Shown here piece after piece: positions 50,083 to 63,042 of a DNA stretch of 64,000 bases. The notes below the pieces were generated by a model that did not search any database, was not told the DNA's origin, and saw only the letters and a program-made list of their open reading frames with translations. Numbering within the stretch: position 1 is the first letter of the stretch; the number at the start of each line of letters is the position of its first letter. Made by a program: the position numbers and the translations under genes. Origin of the DNA: the human T2T-CHM13v2.0 reference genome, Homo sapiens; NCBI RefSeq assembly GCF_009914755.1, contig NC_060931.1; one strand, given 5' to 3'.

Positions 50083-51409
50083 AGCACGGATATGACTTAT
50101 TCTATGTAACAATACCTCAGCGACTGGATAGTCAGCATGAAATAAGCAGCTGTGTTGATTTTTAAAGCGTACCTAATTGATGAACATCTGGTGGCAGGTA
50201 GCCAGCCCATTAAAAATCAATTATACTCAATGACTTGCATCTGAGCCATACTGCACCAATCTCCTCACACTCATCAGATCCACATGTTCCTGAATAAACA
50301 CTTGGACCACTCAGGCCAGTGCCTTTGAACTTTATGTGGTTGGAAGTGAATTTCGTCAGTGGCTTTTGTCTAACCCACAGTGAAGAGAAGAGTTCTGTTG
50401 ATCCGCCCCTGACTGTTGACAGGTCAAGAGACCAGGCGGCAGTTTGAGTAAATCTCTATAAATCCAAGGGTAACCAGAACATTCACTGCTCTGTGCAGCT
50501 CTCAGATATAATATATGCCATTAACGGCAGAAACTGGGTTATAAAACAATAAGGAGGTGATAGTGATCAGAGACTGGATTTAGGATGTTATAAGGCAAGT
50601 AGAAGTTAGTAATTAAAGTGAGAGTGAAACTTTAGAATAGGGTGTGGAAAAGTCTATACAAACTCTCAGTTCAAACGCTGAATATATGTTTCTATGTTGG
50701 GGGTTTCCATTTGCAGCATAATTACCAAAGAACAATTAGTGAACCAGCCAGCCTCCTTTTATGAGAAACATAATTCAAATTGTTATTATGCTAGAGGTGA
50801 GTGGGTTGGGGGAAGACAGTTGACCTGGTGCCTAGAATACCACTCTGAAGAGAGCCAAAATCTCCTAATTAATGTCATCCTTGGATCATAAGTGTGAACA
50901 AGATCAGGATGTCTGGTGTAAGTCCTGGATCCTTGGCAGGCTACAAGAGCTATCACGTCAAGTTCATTTAAATAGAAGATAAAGATCATTCAAAAGAAAT
51001 ACTTTACATTAAAGATCATCATAGAACTACATCTAAATCCTAAAAGTTATTCAATTAAATCAGCTTTGGAAATACAGGAGTACGGTTGTGATTGGGTCAG
51101 GGGGCTTCCCATTATCTTTTACCTGCCCAGTATCTAACAGGCTATGCACAAAGAAGGCTTTTCTCTTCTTTCCTAAGTAAGATTTAGAAGGAATGTGAAC
51201 AATAATTTATGTAGCATTGTGAAATTCATAGATATAAAAATTAGATGTTCTATGTGTAGTTTGTTTAACCCAATTTTCCTATAGATAAGTGTATAGTTTA
51301 AAACATAAAATACAGAAAATAAATGGGTTAATTATCTTGATGTTATACTTCAAAAACTCCCGCCACCCCATTTTAAACTTTCTTAAAGATTGTTTATTTG
51401 TAAAAAGAA

Positions 51410-51585
51410 TTTAATACTTAGATTTGGAAAGAAACTTAGAAATCATTTAGTTCAATTCCCTTCTTTATAGATGAAGTAATTGAGGCTTTGAAGGGTGACC
51501 CAACGTCAGACTTAGGTCATGTACCTTGTAAATGAAGACTGGACATTCAAAGACAGAGCTCCTGGCTCCAAGTCCACTGCTGTAT
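51410..51585 (-). mobile_element. MIR
   Basis: TTAGAAATCATTTAGTTCAA...TTTATAGATGAAGTAATTGAGGC...TCCTGGCTCCAAGTCCACTGCT. Confidence 0.75.
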
Positions 51586-53419
51586 TTTTTCAACTGTTTT
51601 TAAAATGTAAGGCTTATATTTCATATTGACATGTTTATGAAAAGCTAAGCCTGATTAGGGCATAATATTACTTATACTCATATTGAATCTTTGGAACTAA
51701 AATATAAGCAAACTAGCACTTGTTAAGCTAACTAACTATTCTTCTTTCTAATGGGCTTAATAATCCATCATTTGACCTTTGTAATGAATTGTAATGCTCA
51801 CTTATACATATATAACACACATAAACGGACTATGGCTATGTGCATACTGTAGTATATATGTGTGTATCTACTGTATATATATTTAAAATTTACATTGTAA
51901 AATACTATAATTTTATATTAGAGTTTATCTAGAAAATTGAGGTCAGAATTCTTCAGTTGATATTCAACACAGTTTGGCATATATAGGATAATAATGTAAG
52001 CTGCTATTAATAAAATTCATAATTTGCATCGATGTTAAATAGCTAGATGTTTCTTTACAGCATCCAGTAGCTTCATTTTAAGCCTGTTTTTAAAACTACC
52101 TGCTCACTGATTGGAAGTCACAGTTTCAATTTCACTTCAGCCTTAAAAAATAATCATTCAAGCACTTTATTGTGTAGTGTGACTTTTTCTGACAACATCT
52201 GTTGCTCTGAAACAGAGAAGTACCCAGAGTGACAAAGGGGGTGTTTTCTACTGTTTTACCCATGCTGAAAAGATGGGCCAGAGAGCTGTACAGCCCATAA
52301 CAATGTAAAAATCTTTATATGAAGTTGTTCACCAGAGACTTGTCAATAGGCTGAGCCATATTGGATCTGGCAGTCTTTCTACTGGGACAGTATTTGCCTT
52401 GAAGTACTATCTTTTCTCTTTTTCAATGTCAGCCTGAAGGCTCTTAGACAACATATGTTCATTTCATGTCTTAGAGATATTGCTTCTGGTATTGCAAATG
52501 CATTATCACATTGAGTTTTTCTGTAAAACAGATGGTACATATTAAGGTCTCTGTTTCTTACAGTTTCTGTAACAATGGCACTGCATTCTTCACGTTGACA
52601 AAAGTATCATCAACATCATGCAGTGCAGACCTAGACTATGTCAGGATGGTAAATGAATGCTTCAAACAGAAAGATCAATGATAAAGGTGAAGCAAACTCC
52701 TTAGAGAGCTCCAAACTAAAACAGGTCATTTCTTTAAACTGTTCTCTGAAAACTTTAGATAGGAAATACTTGATTCTTCTACTCTTTAGAGGCCCTCTGT
52801 CAAATGGCTTTTCGAATAAAACAATAACACATATGCAGAACAGTCAACTTTCAGAAATGAGATTTTGAAGTAGACTCCTTTGACTTCTCAGTATAAATTG
52901 GTGTAAGTGATATCTTAATAACTAAACCATTGTATGACTCTTATGATTCATATACCATTGTATGACTGTTAGGAAGGCCATTTAGTGCTAATTGTGGAAT
53001 CATTCTAAAAACCAGACTGTCATCAGGGTTGAATTAGATTTGGATATACCTAAATAAGCTTATGACATATGCTGTGATTCACAGAATATGTGTTTGAAAT
53101 ATTCTATAATGTTCACTAAAGGGAAGAACTGCTGAAAGACATTTTTGGATTCAGCAAATCTGTGAATTTGGAAATTTATACCTCTACACCCACATGCTTT
53201 TGTAGACAAAAATGAATTCTAATCTCTGTCTCTTAGTTGAATAACAATATTTAGAACTCTCCTGATTTTTTATGAATAGAAAGACCCTAAAATAATTACA
53301 TTTCTTTCTACAATGTTCTCATTTTTTGTTGATTTTGTTTTGTGTACTGCTTTCTCTAGATAAGTTTTTTTTTAGTAGAAGAATAGAACCACATACAACT
53401 AATGAACAATGATCTTCTC

Positions 53420-53640
53420 AATAATTCAATAGATATTTAATATTTATTAAATCCATATTTGTGACAGGCACTTTTTAAAATACTAGGGACACAACTGAGA
53501 GAGAGTGAAAGAACGAGAGAGAGAATGAGAGAGAGAGATCTCCTATCAATATGGAGCTTACATTGTAGTGAAGATAAAGGATAAACTTTTAAATATAGTA
53601 TTAGAACTTAACACTGCAAGCAGCAATGAGGAAAAAAAGC
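53420..53640 (-). mobile_element. L2 3' end with a GA repeat
   Basis: ATTCAATAGATATTTA...GTGACAGGCACT...ATGGAGCTTACATTGTAGTG. Confidence 0.7.
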
Positions 53641-53985
53641 AACTTCTTTTCTTTAGCATGATAAGATAAAATAATTTAGTCTGCTTATTAATTTTTGTTT
53701 ATTTTTATTTTTAATTAACAAGTAAAAATTGTATATATATATTTATACCTATATCAAAACATCATGTAATAGTATAAACATATTAAGGTAATAGTAATAG
53801 TATAGCATGTATGTAAGAGTGTAATAGTAATTGTATAACATAGTATACATAGTAATAGTATAAACATGATGTTTTGATATAGGTATAAATCATGGAATGG
53901 CTAAACCAGGCTATTTAATACCTGCATTACCTCACATAGTTTTTTGGAATAAGAACATTTAAAATTTATGGTCTTAGCAATTTTC

Positions 53986-55931
53986 TTTTTTTTTAATTAT
54001 ACTTTAAGTTCTGGGATACGTGTGCAGAATGTACAGGCTTTTTACATAGGTATACACGTGCCATCGTGGTTTGCTGCACCCATCAACCTGCCATCTACAT
54101 TAGGTATTTCTCCTAATACTATCCCTCCCCTAGCCCCCTACCCCCTGACAGGCCCTGGTGTGTGATGTTCCCCTCCCTGTGTCCATGTGTTCTCATTGCT
54201 CAACTCCCACTTATGAGTAGGAACATGTGGTGTTTGGTTTTCTGTTCCTATGTTAGTTTGCTGAGAATGATGGTTTCCAGCTTCATCCATGTTCCTGCAA
54301 AAGACATGAACTCATCCTTTTTTATGGCTTCATAGTATTCCATGGTGTATATGTGCCACATTTTCTTTATCCAGTCTATCATTGATGGACATTTGGGTTG
54401 GTTCCAAGTCTTTGCTATTGGAAATAGTGCTGCCATAAACATATGTGTGCATGTGTCTTTATAGTAGAATGATTTATAATCCTTTGGGTATCTACCCAGT
54501 AATGGGATTGCTGGGTCAAATGGTATTTCTGGTTTTAGATCCTTGAGGAATCACCACACTGTCTTTCATGATGGTTGAACTAATTTACATTCCCACCAAC
54601 AGTGTAAAAGTGTTCCTGTTTCTCCACATCCTTTCCAGCATCTGTTGTTTCCTGACTTTTTAATGATTTCCATTCTAACTGGCATGAGATGGTATCTCAT
54701 GGTGGTTTTGATTTGTATTTCTCTAATAACCAGGGATAATAAGCTTTTTTTTCATATGTTTGTCGGCTGCATAAGTATCTTCTTTTGAGAACTGTCTGTT
54801 CATATCCTTTGGCCAGTTTTTGATGGGGTTGTTTGTTTTTTTCTTGTAAATTTGTTCAAGTCCCTTGTAAATTCTGAATATTAACCCTCTGTCAGATGGA
54901 TAGATTGCAAAAACTTTCTCCCATTCTGTAGGTTGCCTGTTCACTCTGATGATAGCTTCTTTTGCTGTGCAGAAGCTCTTTAGTTTAATTAGATCCCATT
55001 TGTCAATTTTGGCTTTTGCTGCCATTGCTTTTGGTGTTTTAGTAATGAAATCTTTGCCCATGCCTATGTCCTGAATGGTATTGCCTAGGTTTTCTTCTAG
55101 GATTTTTGTGCTTTTAGGTTTTACATTGAAGTCTTTAATTCTTCTTGAGTTAACTTTTGTATAAGGTGTAAGGAAGGGGTCTAGTTTCAGTTTTCTGCAT
55201 ATGGCTAGCCAGTTTTCCCAACACTATTTATTAAATAGGGGATCCTTTCCCCATTGGTCATTTTTGTCATGTTTGTCAAAGATCAGATGGTTGTATATGT
55301 GTGGTGTTTTTTTCTGAGGCCTCTGTTCTGTTCCATTGGTCTATATATCTGTTTTGCTACCAGTACCATGTTGTTTTGGTTACTGTGGCCTTGTAGTATA
55401 GTTTGAAGTCACGTAGCATGATGCCTCCAGCTTTGTTCTTTTTGCTTAGGATTGTCTTGGCTATATTAGCTCTTTTTTGGTTCCATATTAAATTTAAAGT
55501 AGATTTTTTCTTATTATGTGAAGAAAGTCAATGGTAGCTTGCTGGGGATAGCATTGAATCTATAAATTACTTGGGCAGTATGGCCATTTTCATGATATTG
55601 ATTCTTCCTATCCATGAGCATGGGATGTTTTTCCATTTGTTTGTGTCCTTTCTTATTTCCTTGAGCAGTGATTTGTAGTTCTCCTTGATGAGGTCCTTCA
55701 CATCCCTTGTAAGCTGTATTCCTAGGTATTTTATTCTCTTTGTAGCAATTGTGAATGGGAGTTCACTCACGATTTTGCTCTCTGTTTGTCTATTATTGGT
55801 GTATAGAAATGCTTCTGATTTTTGCACATTGATTTTGTATCCTGAGACTTTGTTGAAATTGCTTGTTAGCTTAAGGAGATTTTGGGCTGAGACAATGGGG
55901 TTTTCTAAATATACAATCATGTTATCTGCAA
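53986..55931 (-). mobile_element. 5'-truncated L1PA (L1PA7-like), ~1.95 kb
   Basis: TTATACTTTAAGTTCTGGGATACGTGTGCAGAA tail; TSD AGCAATTTTC at 53976-53985 and 55932-55941. Confidence 0.97.
54200..55931 (-). pseudogene. Disrupted L1 ORF2 (RT C-terminal part and Cys-rich domain)
   Basis: ORF fragments [12 protein letters not shown] (YADD/FADD box mutated), [17 protein letters not shown] and WNQPKCPSMIDWIKKMW; premature stops and frameshifts. Confidence 0.93.
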
Positions 55932-55954
55932 AGCAATTTTCAAGTAAACAATGT

Positions 55955-56293
55955 ACAGTTGGCATTCTGTATCTGTAGAATCCACATCCATGGATTTAAT
56001 CAACTGTAGGTCAAAACTATTTTTAAAAATAGTTAATCTGTACTGAATATGTACACACTTTAAGAAATGGCATTATTCCCTAAACAACACAGCATGACAA
56101 CTATTTAAATAGCATTTATATTGCATTAGGTAGCATAAGTAATCTAGAGATAATTTAAAGTATATGAGAAGATGTGCATAGGTTATATGCAAATACTATG
56201 TCATTTTATATAAGATATTTGAGCATCTGTGCATTTTGATATCTGTGGGGAGGTCCTGGAATCAATCCTTTGGAGATACCAAGGGATGACTCT
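55955..56293 (-). mobile_element. MER2 (TcMar-Tigger) MITE
   Basis: TA-CAGTTGGC...; GGTCCTGGAATCAATCC...GATACCAAGGGATGACT end. Confidence 0.88.
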
Positions 56294-56644
56294 GTGTTGT
56301 TGTTATTATTTTTTAGCTATTGTAAGTGGGATTGTTTTCTTGATTTCTTTTTCAGATAGCTTATTGTTAGTGTATAGAAACACTACTGATTTTTGCATGT
56401 TAATTTTGTATCCTGCAATTTTTACTGAATTTGTTTACTAGTTTTAACAGTTTTTCTTGGTGAAGTCTTTAGAGTTTTTTAAACATATAAGATCATGCAG
56501 TCTGCACACAGAGACAATTTTGCTTCTTTCTTTACAGTTCAGATGCCTTTTATTTCTTTCTGTTACTTAATTTCTCTGACTACGACTTCTAATACTACAA
56601 TGAATAGAAGTGGCGAGTGTGGGTATCCTTGTTTTGTTCCTGAA

Positions 56645-56647
<3 letters not shown>

Positions 56648-56675
<28 letters not shown>

Positions 56676-56742
56676 TTAATTATACTTTAAGTTCTAGGGT
56701 ACATGTGCACAACATGCAGGTTTGTAGGAGATATACCTAATA
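56648..56742 (-). mobile_element. Tiny L1PA (L1PA3-5-like) 3'-end insertion with an inverted 5' piece
   Basis: TTATACTTTAAGTTCTAGGGTACATGTGCACAACATGCAGGTTTGT; TSD GTTCCTGA(A/T)CTT at 56636-56647 and 56743-56754. Confidence 0.9.
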
Positions 56743-58189
56743 GTTCCTGATCTTAGAGAAAAAACTTTCAACTTTTCACAGTTGAATTTGATCTTAGCTA
56801 TGGGCCTGTCACATATGGCCTTTATCGTGTTAAAGTACATTCTTATTATACCTAATTTTTTGAGGGTTTTGTCATGAAAGTATGCTGAGTTTTTTCAAAT
56901 GCTTTTTGTGCATCTATTGAGATGATCACATGGTTTGGGCCTTCATTCTGTTAATGTGATGTATCACATTTACTGGTTGCCCATGTTGAAACATCTTTGC
57001 CTCCCAGGGATAAATTCCACTAGATTTATGATGAGTAATCCTTTAATGTGTTGTTAAATTTCATTTATTTTGCTCAGGATTTTTTCATCTATGTTTAATA
57101 AGAAAATACGCTTATAATTTTCTTTTCTTGTAATGTTCTTGTCTGGGTTTGTTATCAGGATAATAGTAGCCTCATAAAATGATTCCAGAAGTATTCCCCC
57201 CTCTTAAATTTTTTAGAAGAGTTTCAATAGAATTGGAATTAGTTTTTTTTTAAAAAAAATTGATAACATTAATCAGTAAAGCCATCAGGTCCTGGGCTTT
57301 TCTTTGATGGGAAAAATTTTATAACTGATTCTATCTTCTTACTTGTTGCCCTGTTTAGAGTTTCTATTTCTTCACGATTCAGTTTTGGTAGGTTGTGTAA
57401 TTTCTTCTATGTTACCGAATATGTTGGTATATAGTTGTTTATATTCATCTCTTATGATTTTTTGTATTTCTGTGATATCAGTTGTGTCTCCTTTTTCATT
57501 TCTGATTAATTCAATTTTTTTCTTTTTTCTTTTAGTCTAGCTAAGGTTTTGTTGATTTTCTTTGTCTTTACAGAAAGCTAACTTTCAGTTTCATTGATTT
57601 TTCTATCTCTTTTCTAGTGCCTATTTTATTATTTCTGCTCTAATCTTTATTGTTTCCTTCCTCTAGTAACTTTGGGCTTAGTTTATTCTTTTTACAGATC
57701 CTTGATGTGCAACATTAGGTTATTTATTTGAAATCTTTTTATTATTTTTCTATAGGCATTTATTGCTAAAGACTGTTCTTAGAACTGCCTTTTTGTACAT
57801 TCCTCAAGTTCTGATATGTTCTGTGCCCATTTACATAGTTTTAAATTTTATTTTTGCCTAACGGGTGATGTAAACTGGAAAGTGTGCCATGCATTTTTGA
57901 GAATATGTGCATTCTGCTTCTGTTTGATTAAATATTGTATATTTCTCTTAGGTCCATATGGTCTAAACTGTAGTACAAGTCCAATGTTTCCTTATTAATT
58001 TTCTGTCTGTCTAATCTGTCCATTGTTGAAAGTGGGGTATTGAAGTCCCCTACTATTATATTGCCATCTATCTGTCTCTTCAAAACTATTAATATTTGCT
58101 TTGCATATCTAGGTGCTCTGATGTTTGGTGCATATATATGTATAATTATTATATCTTCTTGAAGTGGTGTGTAAATCACTTATATTTTT

Positions 58190-58846
58190 AGCATGAAAGT
58201 TAAAAGACAAATAGTAATATCCATAATAATTTAAGGAAAGCAACTTTAAAATATGTGAATGTTACATTAAAAATATAAGATGTGAGGGGCAGGAGTAAAA
58301 GTGCAGCATTTTCTAGTGCAGTCAAAATTAAGTCGTTATCAGCACAAAATAGCCTGCTATAACTGTAAGAAGTTTTATGTAAGCCTCATGGTAACACAAG
58401 GCAAAAGCCTATGGTGGATACACAAAAGACAAAAAGTAAGGAATCCATGTAGAGTACTAGAAAAAAATCACATATTCACAAAGGAAGATAGCAAGAGAGG
58501 AAGAAAGAAACAAAGGATCAACAAAACAATCAGAAAACAATAAACAAAATGGCAGTTGTAGGTTCTTACCTATCAATAATTACCTTAAATGTAAATGGAT
58601 TAAATTCTCTAATCGAGAGACATAGTGTGGCTGAATGGATAAAAAAATAAGACCCAACTAGAGAATCACTTCACCTTTGAGGACACTCATAGATTGAATG
58701 TGAAAGAATGAAGAAAGATATTCCATGTAAATAAAAACCAAAAGCAAGCAGTAGCAGCTAAACTTAAATAACATAAAATCATCTTTAAATTGAAAATAAA
58801 ATAAAAAGGTCATGATGTATAATAAAAGGGCCAAATCATCAGGAAG
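58190..58846 (+). mobile_element. L1MA inter-ORF region and ORF2 start (inverted segment of the same element)
   Basis: ATGGCAGTTGTAGGTTCTTACCTATCAATAATTACCTTAAATGTAAATGGATTAAATTCT (ITLNVNGLNS). Confidence 0.88.
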
Positions 58847-59572
<726 letters not shown>

Positions 59573-60055
59573 ATACTATGTTCTTTCCTGTACATGTTTT
59601 TCTTTCTATACAAACTACGGTATAGTTTAATTTATAAATTAGACATAGTAAAAGATTAACAATAGTAACTAATAATGAAATAGAACAATTATAAAAATAT
59701 ACCAGCATCACTACTCATGCTCTTTGGAACTATTATTAAGTAAAATAAAGATTATTTGAACACAAGCACTGTGATACTGCAACGGTCAATCTTATAACTA
59801 CTCAGTGACTAACAGATGGGTAGTGTATACAGTATGGAGACACTGGGCAAAGGGCTGATTTATGTCTTGGGCAAAATGAGTGGGACAAAGTAGGAAAGTA
59901 CAAGATTTAATCATGTTACTCAGAACAGTCTGCAAATTTAAAATTAATGAATTGCTTATTTCTAGGATTTTCCATTTAACATTTTTGGACCATAGTTGAC
60001 TGCTGGTAATTGAAACTGTGAAAAGTGAAAATGCAAATAAAGGGGGAATACTGTA
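59573..60055. mobile_element. MER44B/Tigger7-type element, one end only
   Basis: GTTTAATTTATAAATTAGACATAGTAAAAGATTAACAA...GCAAATAAAGGGGGAATACTGTA terminus. Confidence 0.85.
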
Positions 60056-60287
60056 CCACAATAGATGGGGGTGGACACTTCTATGACTGGAACATTTTCT
60101 ATGATTACATGAAAATGGACTAAATAACATAATCAAAGGAAGAGATTGTCAGACTAAATAGAAAAGCAAGATCCAACTATATGCTGTATACATTTTAATT
60201 CAAAGATACAAATATGTTTAAAGTAAAAGAAAGAGATAAGTTATGCCATGGAAGCAGTAATGAAAATCAAGCTTCAGTGGCGCTATT

Positions 60288-60590
60288 AATGGTATTTGGA
60301 GATGGAGCTTTGGGGATTTAATTAGGATTATATAAGGTCATCAGGGTAAGGGTTCCATCATGGGACTGGCAGCTTTATAAGAAGAGAGACCTGAGCTGGC
60401 ACACTCATGCTCTCTTGCCATGTGATGCCTTTTGTTATGTTATGATGCAGCCAGCATGCTCTCACCAGATGCCAGTGCCATGGTATTAGACTTTCCAGCC
60501 TCCAGAATCATAAGCTAAATAAACTTCTTTTTGTAATAAATTACCCAGTCTCAGGTATCCTGAATTAGCAACAAAACACAAACTAAGACA
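60288..60590 (+). mobile_element. MSTC/MSTD-type LTR, 5'-truncated
   Basis: TTGCCATGTGATGCC...CTCACCAGATGCCAGTGCCATG...TAAATTACCCAGTCTCAGGTAT...ACTAAGACA. Confidence 0.85.
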
Positions 60591-61847
60591 AGTGACAATA
60601 TTGTTATCAGACAAAATAGACTTAAAAAAGAAATTGTTATTAGTGGCAAAGAACAACATATCAAAATGATGAGAGTCTCAACATATTAAGAAGATATAAC
60701 ATTTATATATATGTATGCAACTAACAACAGACCCCCTGAAATGCATATAAAATATGATAGATTTGAAAACAGTAATAAAGAATTAACAATTGTAGTTGAA
60801 TATTTTCATGCTTCCTTTTCAGTGATTTTTAGTACAGACAGAAAGTCAGTAAAGACATTAAAGACTTGATTAATACCAGAATAAACTGACCTAATTTTCA
60901 TAGAAAATACTCCACCACGAACAGTAGAATACACATTCTTTTCAAGTTTATGTGGAACATTCCACAGGATAGACCATATACTAGAGCATCAAACAAATCA
61001 TGATAAATATTAAAGAGATAAAATAATAAAAGGAAAAATAATTTATGAGTACCCCAGAATAAAATTAGAAATTCAAGAATAGAAAGACATTTGGGAAATT
61101 GTAAATATTTGAAATTATACAATCTACTTTTAAATAATACAAGCATTTTTTAAAAGCAATTACTAGGTAATTTTAAAATGGACTGGATGAAAAATACATA
61201 ATATGTTAAAATGGATGAAATTCTGCTAAAGCAGCATTTAAGGAGACATTTATGACTTCAAACACTTTCTTTAAATAGGAAAAAAATTTGTATTCAATAA
61301 TCTAAGCTTCCATTTCACAAAGCTCATGTGAATAAATCAAACTCACTGTAAGTAGAATGGAGAAAATAATAAATATTAGGCATAAAACAATAAAATTATG
61401 AACAGAAAACAATAGAAATTAAACCTAAATTTGGGTCTTTGACAAAATAATGAAAATAATAAACACTTAGATAGACTGATCAAATGAAAAGAAAAAACAA
61501 TCATGAAAAATAAAATTCCAAGGTTAAGGAAGGAAAGAATGGATATCACTACAGTCCCTGCAGAATGTAAAATGATTATAAAAAACTGTTGTGAACAATT
61601 TTATGTCAATAAATAGTTTAAATGTAAATGAGCAAATTAATAGAAAGACACAGGTTACTAAAAGTAACACAGAAGATTTAAAAAATCTGAATTTATCTAT
61701 TTCAAGTGAGAAAATTTAATTAGTAATAAAAACCTTCCCACAAGAAAAAGCCAAGTTTCAGATGGCTCAACTGATGAACTCTGTCAAACATTTAAAGAAG
61801 AAATAATATCAGTTCTATACAAATTATGTCAGAAAATAGAGGAGGTC

Positions 61848-62260
61848 TGCTATAATTTGGATGTTTGTCTCATCCAAACCTCATGTTGAAATTTGATCCC
61901 CAATATTGGAGGTGAGGCCTGCTGAGAGGTGTTTGGGTCACAGAGGCAGATCCCTCATGAATAGATTAATGCCCTCCCTTAGGGGTGAGTGAGTTTGCTA
62001 TTAGACCTGGTTATTCAAAAGAGCCTGACACCTCCTCCCTCTGTCTCTTGCTTCCTCTCTGTCCATGTGATCTCTGTACACACTAGCTCCCTTTCACTTT
62101 CTTTCATAAGTGGAAACACCCTGAGGCCCTCACCAAAAGCAGATGCTGGTGTCAGGCTTCTTGAACAGCCTGCAGAACCATGAGCTAAATATGCCTCTTT
62201 TCTTCATAAATTGCCCAGCCTCAGCTATTCTTTTATAACAATGCAAAGTTGACTAAGAAA
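61848..62260 (+). mobile_element. MSTB-type solo LTR
   Basis: TGCTATAATTTGGATGTTTGTC...CTCATGTTGAAATTTGATCCCCAAT...GACTAAGA; near-TSD AGGTC/AGGTG. Confidence 0.9.
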
Positions 62261-63042
62261 AGGTGGAATTTCCAACTTATTTTATGAGGCCAGTATTAAC
62301 ATACTAATAAACTCAGATACCACAAGGAAAGAAAACTACATCAATATCATGTATGAACGTAGGTTTAGATACCTTTAACAAAATTTTAGCAGAGTCTAGA
62401 AACAAAAAAATTTTGCACCATGACCAAGAGAGATTTATCCAGCAATGCAAAGTTGGTTTAACACTAGAGAAGGTAATGCATCATATTCTTAAAGGATACA
62501 TCTCACATGATCATCACAATGGATGAGAAAAAAGCATTTGACAAAATATAACCCTTTTTTGATAAAAACTCTCAATAAAGTTGAAATAGAAGATAACTTT
62601 CTCAACTGATTAGAGTATCTACAAATACACACAGGTAACATACTTGATGGTGAAATATTGAATGTTTTCCACTTAATATGGGGAATAAGGCAAAAATGTC
62701 TGCTCATTTCTTATAAACATCATCTAGAAGGTTCTAGCCAATGCAAAAATACAATAATTAAAAATGAAAGGCAAACATACTGGAAAGGGGAGATGAAATT
62801 GTCTTTATTTGCAGGCTATATAACTGTGTTTACAGAAAAACCTAAGGAATTTATGGAAACTACTATCAGAACCAATAAGCAAGTTTAGCGAAGGTACAAA
62901 ATTAATTGTTGTCCTGAAATATAACCAATAAATATTTCAAAAACAAAACTAAATAAAAATTCCATTATAAAATCATCCCAAAAGATATATATTTATAAAT
63001 TTAACAAAAGGTATAATATTTTATCCTGAAAACTATAAAATA

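Larger units (their letters stand above)
53690..58166 (-). mobile_element. L1MA element (non-inverted part), interrupted by two L1PA insertions and MER2
   Basis: L1MA tail at 53690-53985 continues after 55932; antisense ORF2 at 56295-58166 (ORF 57928-58179 gives endonuclease motifs IYAPN, GDFNTPLS). Confidence 0.88.
60085..63042 (+). mobile_element. Old L1M ORF2 (endonuclease to RT), interrupted by two MaLR LTRs
   Basis: GCAAGATCCAACTATATGCTG; ATCAGACAAAATAGAC; GAAAAAAGCATTTGACAAAAT; TGTCTTTATTTGCAG. Confidence 0.85.

Noticed and set aside
54248-55965. Reverse-transcriptase-like ORFs as a novel RT system
   Set aside because: They are ordinary 5'-truncated L1PA ORF2, with the catalytic box changed to FADN and broken frames.
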